NCBI GenBank assembly: GCA_021613535.1
Contig: CP075495.1
Span: 744,001-808,000, forward strand
From: Adineta vaga
Taxonomy: Eukaryota > Animalia > Rotifera
DNA: 64,000 nucleotides
Direction: 5' to 3'
Both the position numbers and the translations under genes were made by a program. The notes beneath the pieces are model-generated. The model was not told the DNA's origin. It was given only the letters and a program-made list of their open reading frames with translations, and did no database searches. Shown one piece after another: positions 49,925-61,296 of this stretch; the stretch's first letter is position 1; every line of letters starts with the position of its first letter.

Positions 49925-50476
49925 ATGAACGAAATAACTTATGATTCAATTTATTCTGATAGAAAACTAGCAATTACATTACTTTATAAAAAAGATGAAC
50001 GACCTATAGTTATTTCTTTACCATATGCATCTCTAATGACATTTCTCAAATGTTTTCATGAAGCTAAACTTGCTGCTAATCATATGACTCGATATTCTCA
50101 ATGTTTATTTCAATTATACGCATTTGGAGATAATATGTTAACATGGCCATCTTATCTTGAAAATAAAATCTCACCAAATAATTTAATAAAGATTAAACTA
50201 TTCTGTCGTGATACTAAAGAACAAAATCTTTATCAAAATTGGTCAAAACGTTATCCACAAATTGTTGAAGTTTTAACAATTGATCAACTTGAACAAGATT
50301 TAATTATATCTGGTTTAAAACTTATTGAAAATTTACGTTTTGAAATTGAAGAAAATGGTATTTTAAATTTATTAGAAGAAGATTTTCATCGACTTCGTCA
50401 TGCTTTAATCGGTTCATTTGATACATCAATTGCAATAGCAAATCATGATATTCAAATGAGTGAAGAAGCCAATTAA
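49925..50476 (+). CDS. Stand-alone receiver-like module plus helical hairpin, 183 aa
   Basis: ATG directly follows a polypyrimidine-AG; EQDLIISGLK…GILNLLEEDF. Confidence 0.7.
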   Translation: MNEITYDSIYSDRKLAITLLYKKDERPIVISLPYASLMTFLKCFHEAKLAANHMTRYSQCLFQLYAFGDNMLTWPSYLENKISPNNLIKIKLFCRDTKEQNLYQNWSKRYPQIVEVLTIDQLEQDLIISGLKLIENLRFEIEENGILNLLEEDFHRLRHALIGSFDTSIAIANHDIQMSEEAN

Positions 50477-50568
50477 TTATCATCATTTCTTTCATTGCAT
50501 CTCATCATAACTTCAGATTTTCTTTTTTTATGTTAATACAATAGAAAAAAAAATACGTTCAAATAAAA

Positions 50569-52010
50569 TTAAGTCGATATTATATTTTCATATTCATTAA
50601 TTAATTCTTGTAAATTATTTTCAGCTTCAGTAAATTCCTATATATATATATATACATAAATCATAAGATTGTTTATAAAATGAAAAATATTGAAATTCTT
50701 ACCATTTCATCTAAGCCCGAACGAGTTAATCCAAATATATAAAGTTTTCGACGAAACATTGTGGAAAATTTTTGTAAAAAAGATTTAAATATATCTTGAA
50801 TACCCGTATGATTACGAATTAATGTTGATGATAATTGAAATTCTTTCAATGGAATTGTAGATAAACTTATTTTCATCGTTTCTGATGATAAATAATCAAG
50901 TTCTTTCATTGATATTTCTCCACGAAAGATTGTTGTCATACCAAAAGATTGACCTTGTTGAATATTACAAGGAAATATTAGATTTCTTTCATCAAATATT
51001 TGTTTTGTTAATTCATGTACAGTTAATAAATTATTCGAAGAATAAAATGGAGCAAAACTAGGACAAAGGAAATGTAAACATGGAAATGGAATCATATTTA
51101 TTGTAAATTTTCTCATATCATTATTAATCTGATCTGAAAAACGAAAACATGTTGTTAAACCAGACATAACTTTTGATATGGAATTATTAAGATGATTAAA
51201 AGTTGGCGAAGATTGTGTTTGAGAACATATTTTATATAAAAGTTCATTATGAAAACAACAAGTCATATCAACATTTTCAATTAAATGATGTAAACCAAGA
51301 ACGATATTATATGGTTCAATAACACATTCATCTATTTCTGATGATGTAAAACAACTAAATGTCATTATTAAACCTAAATATAAACAAAAATTTTAGATAT
51401 TGTATTTTTGTTATTCATACGATCGGGATAATCTTCTCGAAGTTTATTCATAAGTAATGAACCAAAACCTGATCCTGTACCGCCAATAATTGAATGACTG
51501 ATTTGAAAACCTTGAAGATTATCACAGAATTCAACTTCTCGACGAATTATATTAACAACATCATCAATTAATTCATTTCCTTGATCACAGTAACCATGAC
51601 CCCAATTTGAACCACAACCATATTCACCTATACGAACAATATTCTTATTATCTATCATTGATTTATTTAAAAAAATCAAACCAGAAATCATCTTATCAGA
51701 AGCAAAGAATTTTCCTAACGGTCCATTACGTATTCCATTCATCATCTCCGAATCGAAATCAACAAGAACAGCACGTGGTAAATACTTTCCATCTACTTCT
51801 CTATAATAAGTATGAATTCGTTCCAGATATTGATCTGATTGTCCATAATAGATACCTGTTGTCGTATCAATACAATGTTCATCAGAAATACATTCCCAAA
51901 ACTATATAAGAAAATGCATCAAATATATTTTTTTTAATTTTTGATCTTTATACTTTTGAACCAACTTGATTTCCACATTGACCAAGTTGAAGATGAATTA
52001 TTTCAGACAT
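50569..52010 (-). CDS. Highly divergent beta-tubulin-like protein (5 exons)
   Basis: MSEIIHLQLGQCGNQVG, PRAVLVD, NWGHGY, LQGFQISHSIIGGTGSG, EPYN, MIPFPCLHF; last exon EFTEAENNLQELINEYENIIST*. Confidence 0.85.
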
Positions 52011-52142
52011 CTTTGAAAAATAAAAAATGTAACACAGAAACGGAGAAACTATTTTAGTTTACATTGGTGGATAAGACTACCAATAAAATTTATTTTATTA
52101 AAATTCACTTTCAATTCAATAGAAAATCGTAAAAACAAATTG

Positions 52143-52751
52143 TCAAATTTCTGATGAATGTTTTCCAGTTGTCCAATCATTTTGCTTCAAATATTTTTCA
52201 CCTGCTTGAATTGCTCCTGGTTCAATCGATGTACCCATAGAATCATTCCATCGATTAAGATAACCAAATAAACTAATAACACCAAGAATTTCAACGATTT
52301 CTCCATCATTCCAATGTTGACGAAGTTTTTCCATAATTGAACTATTAACTGCATTCGGAACGGAAGAAGCAGCGATAGCAAAATCAAGTGCAGCTCGTTC
52401 AGCATCAGGAAATGCTGGATGTGTTGTATATTGACAAATATTAACAAGTTTTTCTTCATCAGCACCATAACGTTCAGCTGCTAAGATTGTATGTGCTCGA
52501 CAATATTGACAACCTGCTTTCGTACTTGATACATAACCAATAAGACGTTTTAAAGCACTTGTTACACGTCCTTGATTAGCCATAACAGCTTTATTTAATT
52601 GAATAAAAGCAGTTGCAATAGCCGGTCGATGTTGCATTGTTAAAACACTATTCGGACAAAAACCTAATGTTTCATTAAAGAATGTCGCTAATTCTGCAAC
52701 TTCATTATTAGCATCGACAGGTAATGGTGAAACTAATGGAAATAACGACAT
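52143..52751 (-). CDS. AhpD / carboxymuconolactone decarboxylase family peroxidase-related protein, bacterial type, intronless
   Basis: LGFCPNSVLTM, GCQYCRAH (CxxC-xx-H), ERAALDFA, EIVEILGVISLFGYLNRWND. Confidence 0.9.
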   Translation of the reverse strand: MSLFPLVSPLPVDANNEVAELATFFNETLGFCPNSVLTMQHRPAIATAFIQLNKAVMANQGRVTSALKRLIGYVSSTKAGCQYCRAHTILAAERYGADEEKLVNICQYTTHPAFPDAERAALDFAIAASSVPNAVNSSIMEKLRQHWNDGEIVEILGVISLFGYLNRWNDSMGTSIEPGAIQAGEKYLKQNDWTTGKHSSEI

Positions 52752-53165
52752 GATAAAATATAAACGACTTAATAGGTAAAAGAATCACTTTTAAATGACC
52801 TTAGATAAGTCATTTGTTATCGATAGTGTATATGAAAGATAGTATCTACCAGTATAATCATTGGTTACAATACATTACATGTATAGAACAGTGTCAATAG
52901 AATCACAACTGATAAGTATTGGATATAAGCAAAGACGTATTCTTTTTCTTTCTTTTAGTACAGAAAAAAAAGAACGATATACATGTCGAGTTATTTTCAA
53001 AAATTTCTGCTCCGCAATACTATTTGACTCATTTCCTACATTGCAAAAGAAAAAGAAAAATATAATATGACTCATGTACTTCTAGGTAATACAGTCGAGG
53101 TTTAAAAAGCAAAACAAAAACAAGCCTTGTCTGCATTCATTATACATAATTCTGAATTTTTTCGA

Positions 53166-53765
53166 ATGGCATTCAATACAGAATATGCTGCTACACTTCA
53201 TCGACATGTTATAATGTGGGTAGATGAATTTATTGGTGAACCAGGTAATAACGAGCATATGAAAGATCGATTTCGTCGTATTACATATCCTATATATACA
53301 TTTACGGAAACAAGATCTGCAAAACAATTTATTGAACAAGAACAAACTGCAAATAAGACAGTTTTTCTGATTATATCTGGTAGATTAGCTCTTGAACTCG
53401 TACCAGAAGTCTATGATTATTTATGTCTTAAACAAATCTTTTTGTTTACATCAAAAATATGTGATTATAGAAATTGGGCTATTGATTATATTGAAAAAAT
53501 TTTAATGTTTGATTTTGATGAAGATCTTCTTATTCGATTAACAAATGAAATTGCGACTCATTTAACTGATGAAGCAAAAATATATGAAAATCAAGATCGA
53601 ATTGAACAAGCAGCTGGTTTACTCGATTGGGCACTTTGGCTTTATAATGATGCTGAAACTTTAAAACAAGAAGCTTGTAGGAAATTTCTTACAGATATTC
53701 ATAAAAAACGTCAAAAACTTGCAATTGATCATCTAATTGTTTATCCGAATCGATTTAATACATAA
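53166..53765 (+). CDS. Stand-alone receiver-like module plus TPR-like hairpin
   Basis: VIMWVD…VFLIISG…IFLFT…EDLLIRL is the same module as the N-terminus of the 46844 gene. First in-frame ATG is at 53166. Confidence 0.75.
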   Translation: MAFNTEYAATLHRHVIMWVDEFIGEPGNNEHMKDRFRRITYPIYTFTETRSAKQFIEQEQTANKTVFLIISGRLALELVPEVYDYLCLKQIFLFTSKICDYRNWAIDYIEKILMFDFDEDLLIRLTNEIATHLTDEAKIYENQDRIEQAAGLLDWALWLYNDAETLKQEACRKFLTDIHKKRQKLAIDHLIVYPNRFNT

Positions 53766-54368
53766 CTTTTCTCCTTTTTTGTTTTGTTTAATATCGAATA
53801 TAAGTGACGATTTTGAAAAAGTACTTTTAGTCATTATTTTTGATGGATAAAGATTTAGACTTTATTACTTTATAAATAGAGTCATATATGTGAAGAATTT
53901 TGAATTATAATCAATGATAACTAAAAATAAAATCTATTCCTATTCTATGAAACAACACTAGGTCAAATTTCGTGATTTATTTTCGAAATGATACCAAATA
54001 GGTGAATTTATATTCGAATTAGACAGTTCATGACTGATTAAAAATGAATTGAAGAAAAGAACAATGTTGTACTTGAAAATTTTTTTCTTTTTCTTTATGA
54101 TTTTATCGTTTTATAAACTCTTGATAGAAGATTAAATATATATGTATCGATATTCTGAAAGAAAAAAAAACAAGGTCTATTTTGTTTTTGTTACTATTAT
54201 AAATTTTCTTTCGAATTAAATATAAATTACAACGATTATTTCATAATTTTCAATATCAAACAAATAAAAAGTTAATTCGTACTTATCGAACAATATAATT
54301 CTCTTTTTTATTTCTTATAAAAGTAAAAAAATAATATCGATAAGAATTATACATTTCATTGTATCAAT

Positions 54369-55989
54369 ATGAATGATGAATCAATAATAAAAGAACAAAA
54401 TACAATATGGACAAAAAGATTACAGTAAATTATTTTATTCAGAACTTATATTTAATAATTGATTATTTTCTTTTAGTACAAAAGTTCGTTGTTTAAAATC
54501 AAATTCCAATGTCCTTAGTAAAATTTTACGAAATCGTGCTGAAAGTATTATAACAGTTCAATCACCATATCATCAATCTAATTCAACAATAAGAAATGAA
54601 AATATTGAAGAAAGTCCAATAATAACTATAAATATAAGTGGTATTCGATATCAAACATATTTATCAACAGTTGAACGTTATCCTGAAACACTTCTTGGAA
54701 ATAAACATAAACGAATTTATTATTGGAATTCTGAAACAAATGAATATTTTTTTGATCGTCATCGTACTTGTTTTGAATCTATTCTTTATTATTATCAATC
54801 AAATGGACGTCTTAGACGACCTGATTATGTTCCATTAGATACATTTCTTGAGGAAATATCTTTTTTTCAATTAGGTGCACAAGCTATTGCATTAACAAAT
54901 CGTTCAGAAAATATTATAATTATTCAACCTGTTCCATTACCCAAATGGTTTTGGCGACAATATATTTGGTTTTATTTAGAATATCCTCAACATTCAATAT
55001 TTGCACGAATTCTTCATGTTATTTCTCTATGTTTAACTGTCATATCATGTTTATCATTAGCAATAGAAACTTTACCTGAATTTGATGAAAAATGGGATAA
55101 TATTTGTCGAAAAAAAGCAAATATTTCTCTTGAATCTGCATATGTTCCACGTTGTTCAGAATTATTTACTTCACCATTTTTTATTATTGAAACAATATGT
55201 GTTTCATATTTTACAATAGAATTTCTTTTACGTTTAATAAGTACACCATCTTATTGTCATTTTATAAGTTCATTATTAAATTGGACAGATTTAGCTGCAA
55301 TTATACCTTATTATGTTTTTTTATGTATTCAATTAACAGATCGAAAAATCGATTTAAATGCAAGTACATTTATTATTTTACGTTTATTAAGATTATTTCG
55401 ATTTTTACGTGTTTTTAAAATTTATTTAATTTTTCGTCGATTAAAATCTTTACAAGTATTAAGTGCAACATTAAAAGAATCTTATGTTGATTTTACAATT
55501 ATGATTGTTATATTAACATTAGTTGCATTTTTATTTGGTGCAGCGACTTATTTTGCAGAAAAAGATACTGATAGAGAATCATTTGATTCAATTCTTATTG
55601 CAACATATTGGGCAATCTTAACAATTACATCTGTTGGGTATGTATATACAAGAAATATATTTGTTTTTTTATAAAAAAAGATACTTTTTTTTTAAAATAG
55701 ATATGGTGATATGTATCCAATAACACCTATTGGTCGAATTCTTTCATGTTTATGTGCATTATTTGGTGCTGCAACAATGGGTATGTTAATATCTGTTCTT
55801 GTCGATCGTTATCAACGTGTTTATAAACGAAAGAAATTTCTTCCTCAAGAAGATACATCAATTATTGATAATTTAGAAAATCAACATCAACATACAGAAG
55901 ATATTCTTATTTCAAGATTTCATCGAACATCACAATCATCAAATAATAAACAATATGAAAATTATATTATTTCATCAACAGATATGTGA
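54369..55989 (+). CDS. Shaker-family voltage-gated K+ channel; exons 54369-54424, 54477-55637, 55701-55989
   Basis: T1 domain (INISG…EYFFDRHR…ILYYYQS…LRRP), S4 LRLLRLFRFLRVFK, pore TITSVG|YGDMYP split by an intron. Largely missed by the ORF track. Confidence 0.9.
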
Positions 55990-56910
55990 TGCAAATAAAG
56001 TCGAAAGAAATTTTTGTTCATTATAATCAACAATAATTTTAACATTTGGTTGATCAGATAGAATTGAACCCCATTCTTTTGTTCTTTTATCCATATATAA
56101 TTTCACATCTTGCCATTTACCTATTGAAAGATCAATTGCACAACAAGCAGCTAATGGATCATGAAAAGCTTTTCCTTTCTTTCCTGGTCGATCAAGATAA
56201 ACAGACATAACATGATATATTTCTTCTAATGATTGACTTTGATCTTTGACTTTTTTCAATTGATTATGCGTTTCTCGTGTATATATAACACCATGACAAA
56301 CATTTTTTGAAACAAAATATTTTTCTTTAATACCATTATAATTGAGAACAATCTGTGCACCTATTGAATCTGCATTGAGATTAAATGTTGGACATGTTAT
56401 TCTTCCTTGAAATTTATCTAAACGTTTTTCTTTCGGAACAATATTATCACCGGCAAAACCACCTTGAGCAACTAATCGTCCTAAACGAAATTCACCTGTT
56501 TGAATTGCTTTTGCAACATTTTTTAAAGGTCCACCACAGATTAATATTGTTTGTTCATTACAATGAGTAAGAAGAACTTGACTTCCATCTAATGCATTTC
56601 GAGATTCTTCAATTGTTTCATTTTCATAGATTTTTAAATGAAATTTCGAAAGAGCAGGTTTTGCATTCATGTCAAACACACCAAGTGGTAAATCATTTCG
56701 ATTAAAACGATTTAAAACATATCGAATGAAACCAATTTGATCTGGTGTACCTGGAACGATTGTAACAGCTTTAAGATATACTAATGGATGACCAAGAAGA
56801 AATAGAAGAGTTACAAAATCATCAGGATCACCTGTTTCCATATCGAAAACAATTTGTAAACGACCATCGATTAAAAATTGATCATAATTCGATACAATAC
56901 TTGTTGCCAT
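55975..56910 (-). CDS. Inosine/uridine-preferring nucleoside hydrolase family protein, intronless, microbial type
   Basis: DMETGDPDD (Asp-rich Ca2+ motif), GGPLKN, QGGFAG, TFNL, FHDPLA. Confidence 0.88.
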   Translation of the reverse strand: MATSIVSNYDQFLIDGRLQIVFDMETGDPDDFVTLLFLLGHPLVYLKAVTIVPGTPDQIGFIRYVLNRFNRNDLPLGVFDMNAKPALSKFHLKIYENETIEESRNALDGSQVLLTHCNEQTILICGGPLKNVAKAIQTGEFRLGRLVAQGGFAGDNIVPKEKRLDKFQGRITCPTFNLNADSIGAQIVLNYNGIKEKYFVSKNVCHGVIYTRETHNQLKKVKDQSQSLEEIYHVMSVYLDRPGKKGKAFHDPLAACCAIDLSIGKWQDVKLYMDKRTKEWGSILSDQPNVKIIVDYNEQKFLSTLFASHIC

Positions 56911-57211
56911 TAGAAAAGAAAATTTTCTCAATATGATGAAAACTTCATCAATGTTTAGATTATTTCTTCATTCTTATGCAATGAATGAGTCATTAAAATT
57001 TTCAACATTCAAAGTAATTACTCAACGTAGTAAACACACTCTGAATAAATATCCTGGATATTCTGATACGACAGTAGGTACATACACTTTTCTCTGTTCG
57101 TATGGTACAAAAACCACGTGGATAAACGATTTAATGTTTTTCTTTTCTAAATATGTTATATTTTCGAAAAAATATTGTACGACGAAGTACTAACTAAGGT
57201 GTTCTTCGAAA

Positions 57212-58612
57212 ATGTAAGAAAGGTTTTTGTTTATAATTCATGATGTGTATTAAAATTGATTTTCAGGGATCCACGATTCAATAATGAAACATTAGCATTC
57301 TTAAACTTACTTTCACAAAATCGTTCACCTCAAGGTTCTGTTTTAACAGTTGAGATCATGCGTGAACTTATTGAAAATGTCCATGAAATAGGAAATGAAA
57401 AGTTACAGGGAACATTCAAAGGAACTCTTGAAGAAAAAATAATAAAAACAAAGTCAACTGGTAAATATTTCTTCAAATAGATTTATTAATTATATTATCT
57501 ATTTAGATATACCAATTAGTATCTATACACCAACAGATGTTAATAAAGATAAATTGGTTATTTTTTTTCATGGTGGAGGTAAGATGATAGTGATGGTGAG
57601 TAAAATGAATTAAATTTATAAATAGGTTGGGTTACTGGTAGTCGAAAATCACATCAAACAATTGTCAATAAAGTAGCTGAGTATGTCTAAGATAGATTTA
57701 TTTTGATCTGATTTAGTCAAATTGTATTTGATATAGTGCAACAAAAACGATTTGGATATCTGTTGAATATCGTCTTGGACCAGAACATAAATATCCTATT
57801 TGGCTTGATGATGCATCTGATGTTACTCAATATATCATTGAAAATAAAACATCATTTGGTATATAATGAACAAATGATGTTTCTATTGGTATTATTTGTC
57901 TTATTTAGGTGTTGAATCGACAGCTAAAATAGGTGTAGCTGGAGATAGTGCAGGAGGTATGATCAGTGCATCGTTAGCTCCTACAGTTAAAAACATTGAT
58001 TTTCAGGTAGAAATTTGTAAAATTGATTGTTCTCTATATCAATTTCGAATTATAAATAGATTCTAATCTATGCAGCCTTAGATCTTCTTCGTCAAACAGC
58101 ATCCTCTAATGAATTTAATCATCCAATGTATTTTCTAACGCTGGATTTGGTGGATTGGTAATAATCTATTTAAAAATAAATAAATTTTCTACTAATGAAT
58201 TCTTTTTTAGGTTTGTAGCACATGGATTTGAGACTTCAGAGAATATGAAAGATTCTCGAATCTCTGCTTTATTGAACACATCATTGAATAACGTTCCACC
58301 ATGTTTATTTATTGTTGCAGATCTCGATCCACTTCGAGATGGAAATTTAGGTATATTATTAGATGGAGAAGAGACTTGATCATTGATCGAATATGATTTT
58401 TTGTTTTAGAATATCAAAAATTACTTGAAAAAGATGGTGTTACAACAAAATTGTTACTTTTAAAAGGAATTGTTCATGGATTTTTCAGTTTACCTGGTAA
58501 ATTCATACAAAATATTTTCAATGAAATAATTATCTTTTATTTCATAGGATTCTTTCCACAAGCTTGTGCAGAATCTATTGAAACTATTCGTAATTTTATG
58601 ACATCCATTTGA
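57212..58612 (+). CDS. HSL-family esterase/lipase (Abhydrolase_3), 10 exons, start codon split by intron 57214-57266
   Basis: FFHGGG|W, VEYRLGPEHKYP, GDSAGG, DPLRD, HGF; nine ~50-nt GT-AG introns. Confidence 0.88.
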
Positions 58613-58872
58613 AATCAATTGACAAATATAATATAAGATGAGAAAAATTTTCATTAATAATCATAACATTTAATTAATCTATTTCATTAGTTTTCTATAT
58701 AATAAATCAGTTATATATTCTTATTTTATATGAATAATTAGAAAATTCAACTACATATGTCTAGCAAAAAAAAAGTGTCAAATGATCTTCTAACTGAGAT
58801 TGATTGGATGATATCCAGTCCTAATTAATTATAGAAACATTTATTAAATGAATAATAAAGAAGAAAAATGTA

Positions 58873-61006
58873 TTAATTGACATGACATTGTTCATCATTA
58901 TTTGCTGGCGTCTGTTTTTGTTTATTTACAATTTCAATTGAAATTTCTTGTATAAATTGTTGTGGAAATTGTTCTTTAACAAATCGTCGAAGATGATCTT
59001 TATTTTTTTGATAAAAATCGAGAAAAGCTTTATCTTTTTCTTTAGTATTCATTCGAACATATGTTTCACTTAACATTGTTTCACTAAACGCTTGTTCATA
59101 AAATTCCAATGTTTTTTCAATTTCAATAGCTGTTGGTCTTTGTTTTGAATCATTTTCAATACATTTCGAAATAATTTCTTCATAAAATATTGGACTCGTT
59201 TTTGTTAGAATTATTCGTGATGGTGATCGATTTAAACGAAAATCATGTAAAGTTTCTGTAAAGATTTGATTTAATGTTAAACCATATGTATAAATATCTA
59301 ATTTTTCATCACATTTAGCACGACCATCAATTGAATCACGAAAGAATTCTGGTGGCATAAATTGTAAACAACCTAATTGAGTTTGACGTCCATTAGGATC
59401 TAATACACGTGCAATACCCATATCACCAATTTTAGCTACATAATTATCTGTTATAAGAATATTATCTGGACGAATATCACGATGAATCATTCCATGTTGA
59501 TGAATACGTCTCATACCAGATGCAACTTGACGACACATAGTTAATTTACGTCGTAAAGATAATTTATTTGGTTCATTATCTAAAACATTTTGAAAACTTC
59601 CACGACCCATTAATTCCATAAGAATCATAAATTGTGTTGTTGATCCACGAATACGATTTGATGATAATTCTCGTGTAGCATAACCATATGTACGAAGAAT
59701 ATATGGACCTGATAATTCTCGATAAGCAGCTAATTCTAAAAGAAAACTTCGTTGAAGTTGATGTGAATTTGATGATGCACCCGAAACTTCAATAACTTTA
59801 CAGGCAACTTGACGATTTTTCGTTTGCCAAATAGCTTTACATACATAACCTATAATTAAAATGAAATTTTTTCAATAATATATATTTGTTTTTTCATTCC
59901 TTACCAAATCCTCCTCTTCCTAAAACTTCACCTAATTCAATATCATTTGGATCAATTTTCGGCATAACATTATTCGATGTTAAAATTAATGGATGATTTC
60001 TTTCATGTAATTTTGTACAACTATGTTTTTTAATTGCACATATTTCACATAGATTATAATTAGGACATATATCACATTTAAAACGTAAACCAATTAATAT
60101 TTTCTCTTGACAAATTCCATCACATACAATACCTTTATGAATTTCATTTCGTAATATATTCATTTGTTTTAAATTATGTAATGTAACATCATGTTGAATA
60201 TCATCAACATGAATACCAAGAAATTCATTGGGTAATTTAAAATGAACCATTGCATGACCACTTGAATGTTTATCTGTTTCACGACGTTTTTCAAAACAAC
60301 GTCCACATAAATCATAATTTAAACATTCTAAACAATGATATCGATCAGAATGACATATTGGTTTCATTTGACATGATGCACATTCAGTTTGATGAACATC
60401 ATCATTCGTTATTGTTTCATTTGAATGTGTTTTATTGATTAATTTACCAAGTATTCTCATTAACATTAAATCATCAACAAGATTTTCAGTTGTTTTTCGA
60501 ACAGGAACATCTAAAGAAAGAAGAAAATGAATGGAAAAAGTTTTTTATTAAAATTACCTGCGACATGTGGTGAACGTTTTGATAGAACAATTTCACATTG
60601 TTCTTTTGTACCTATTGATAAATAGAAAGAGAAATTTTCATCAAAAAATATTCATTTTTGAGATTTATATATAGTTAGAGAGTTCATCATCTGTACTTTT
60701 CAATGATATGTATTTTGTATCGTTTCTTACCAACAGCAAGAATTGTTCCATGACGTCTAATACCATTAATAAAAATCGTGTATGTTACATTGATTTCAAC
60801 ATTGCGTGATGGTGGTAATTGAACATATTTCTGTAGAATAATTTCGATTTTTTTTGTATCAGACCATTGAACAGTACAATAACCTTCGTGTTCCCGTTGT
60901 TCTTCTAAAAATCGAGTCGAAAAAAAAAACAATATTTTGAAAACGAATCATTTTCTTTCTTTTTACCTAGTTTGTCGATTAACGCCTCACGTATATGTTG
61001 AAACAT
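58873..61006 (-). CDS. Tandem ZZ zinc fingers plus TKL-like protein kinase (5 exons)
   Basis: Two ZZ motifs (CASC…CLEC…DLC; CDGIC…CDIC…NLC), LGRGGFG, VACK, HRDIRPDN, DMG, PPE, RPTA. Confidence 0.85.
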
Positions 61007-61296
61007 GAGTATAGTAATCACATATAAAAGATGTCGAGAATAAATACGTCAGTATAAAATAAAGGCGAGTAAAAGAGAAAGAAAGAAAGAAAGGAAAAAA
61101 ATGTTTTTTTCTTCTTTCAATTGTATCTAAACGACTTTATAGGAATAAATGACGTCATTGTATATGACAAATAAAAATCATATGTCATTAAAGAAATCTT
61201 ATCTCAATGAATGATTCATAATGAACGTATACTTTTTTATTCTGACAAGAAAATATGATGAATTACAAAAGTAAAAAAAAAAGAAAGAATTTGTTT

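Noticed and set aside
41622-56931. Bacterial contamination or a prokaryotic operon
   Set aside because: Foreign-type genes are interleaved with intron-containing metazoan genes, share their composition, and some have introns.
58873-58890. Kinase C-terminus CHVN as a CaaX box
   Set aside because: His and Asn fit the consensus poorly; not supportable without a predictor.
18774-60438. Many short alternative-frame or antisense ORFs overlapping real genes (e.g. 18774, 31557, 36625, 43711, 47130, 54638)
   Set aside because: Shadow ORFs from AT-rich codon bias, with no motifs.
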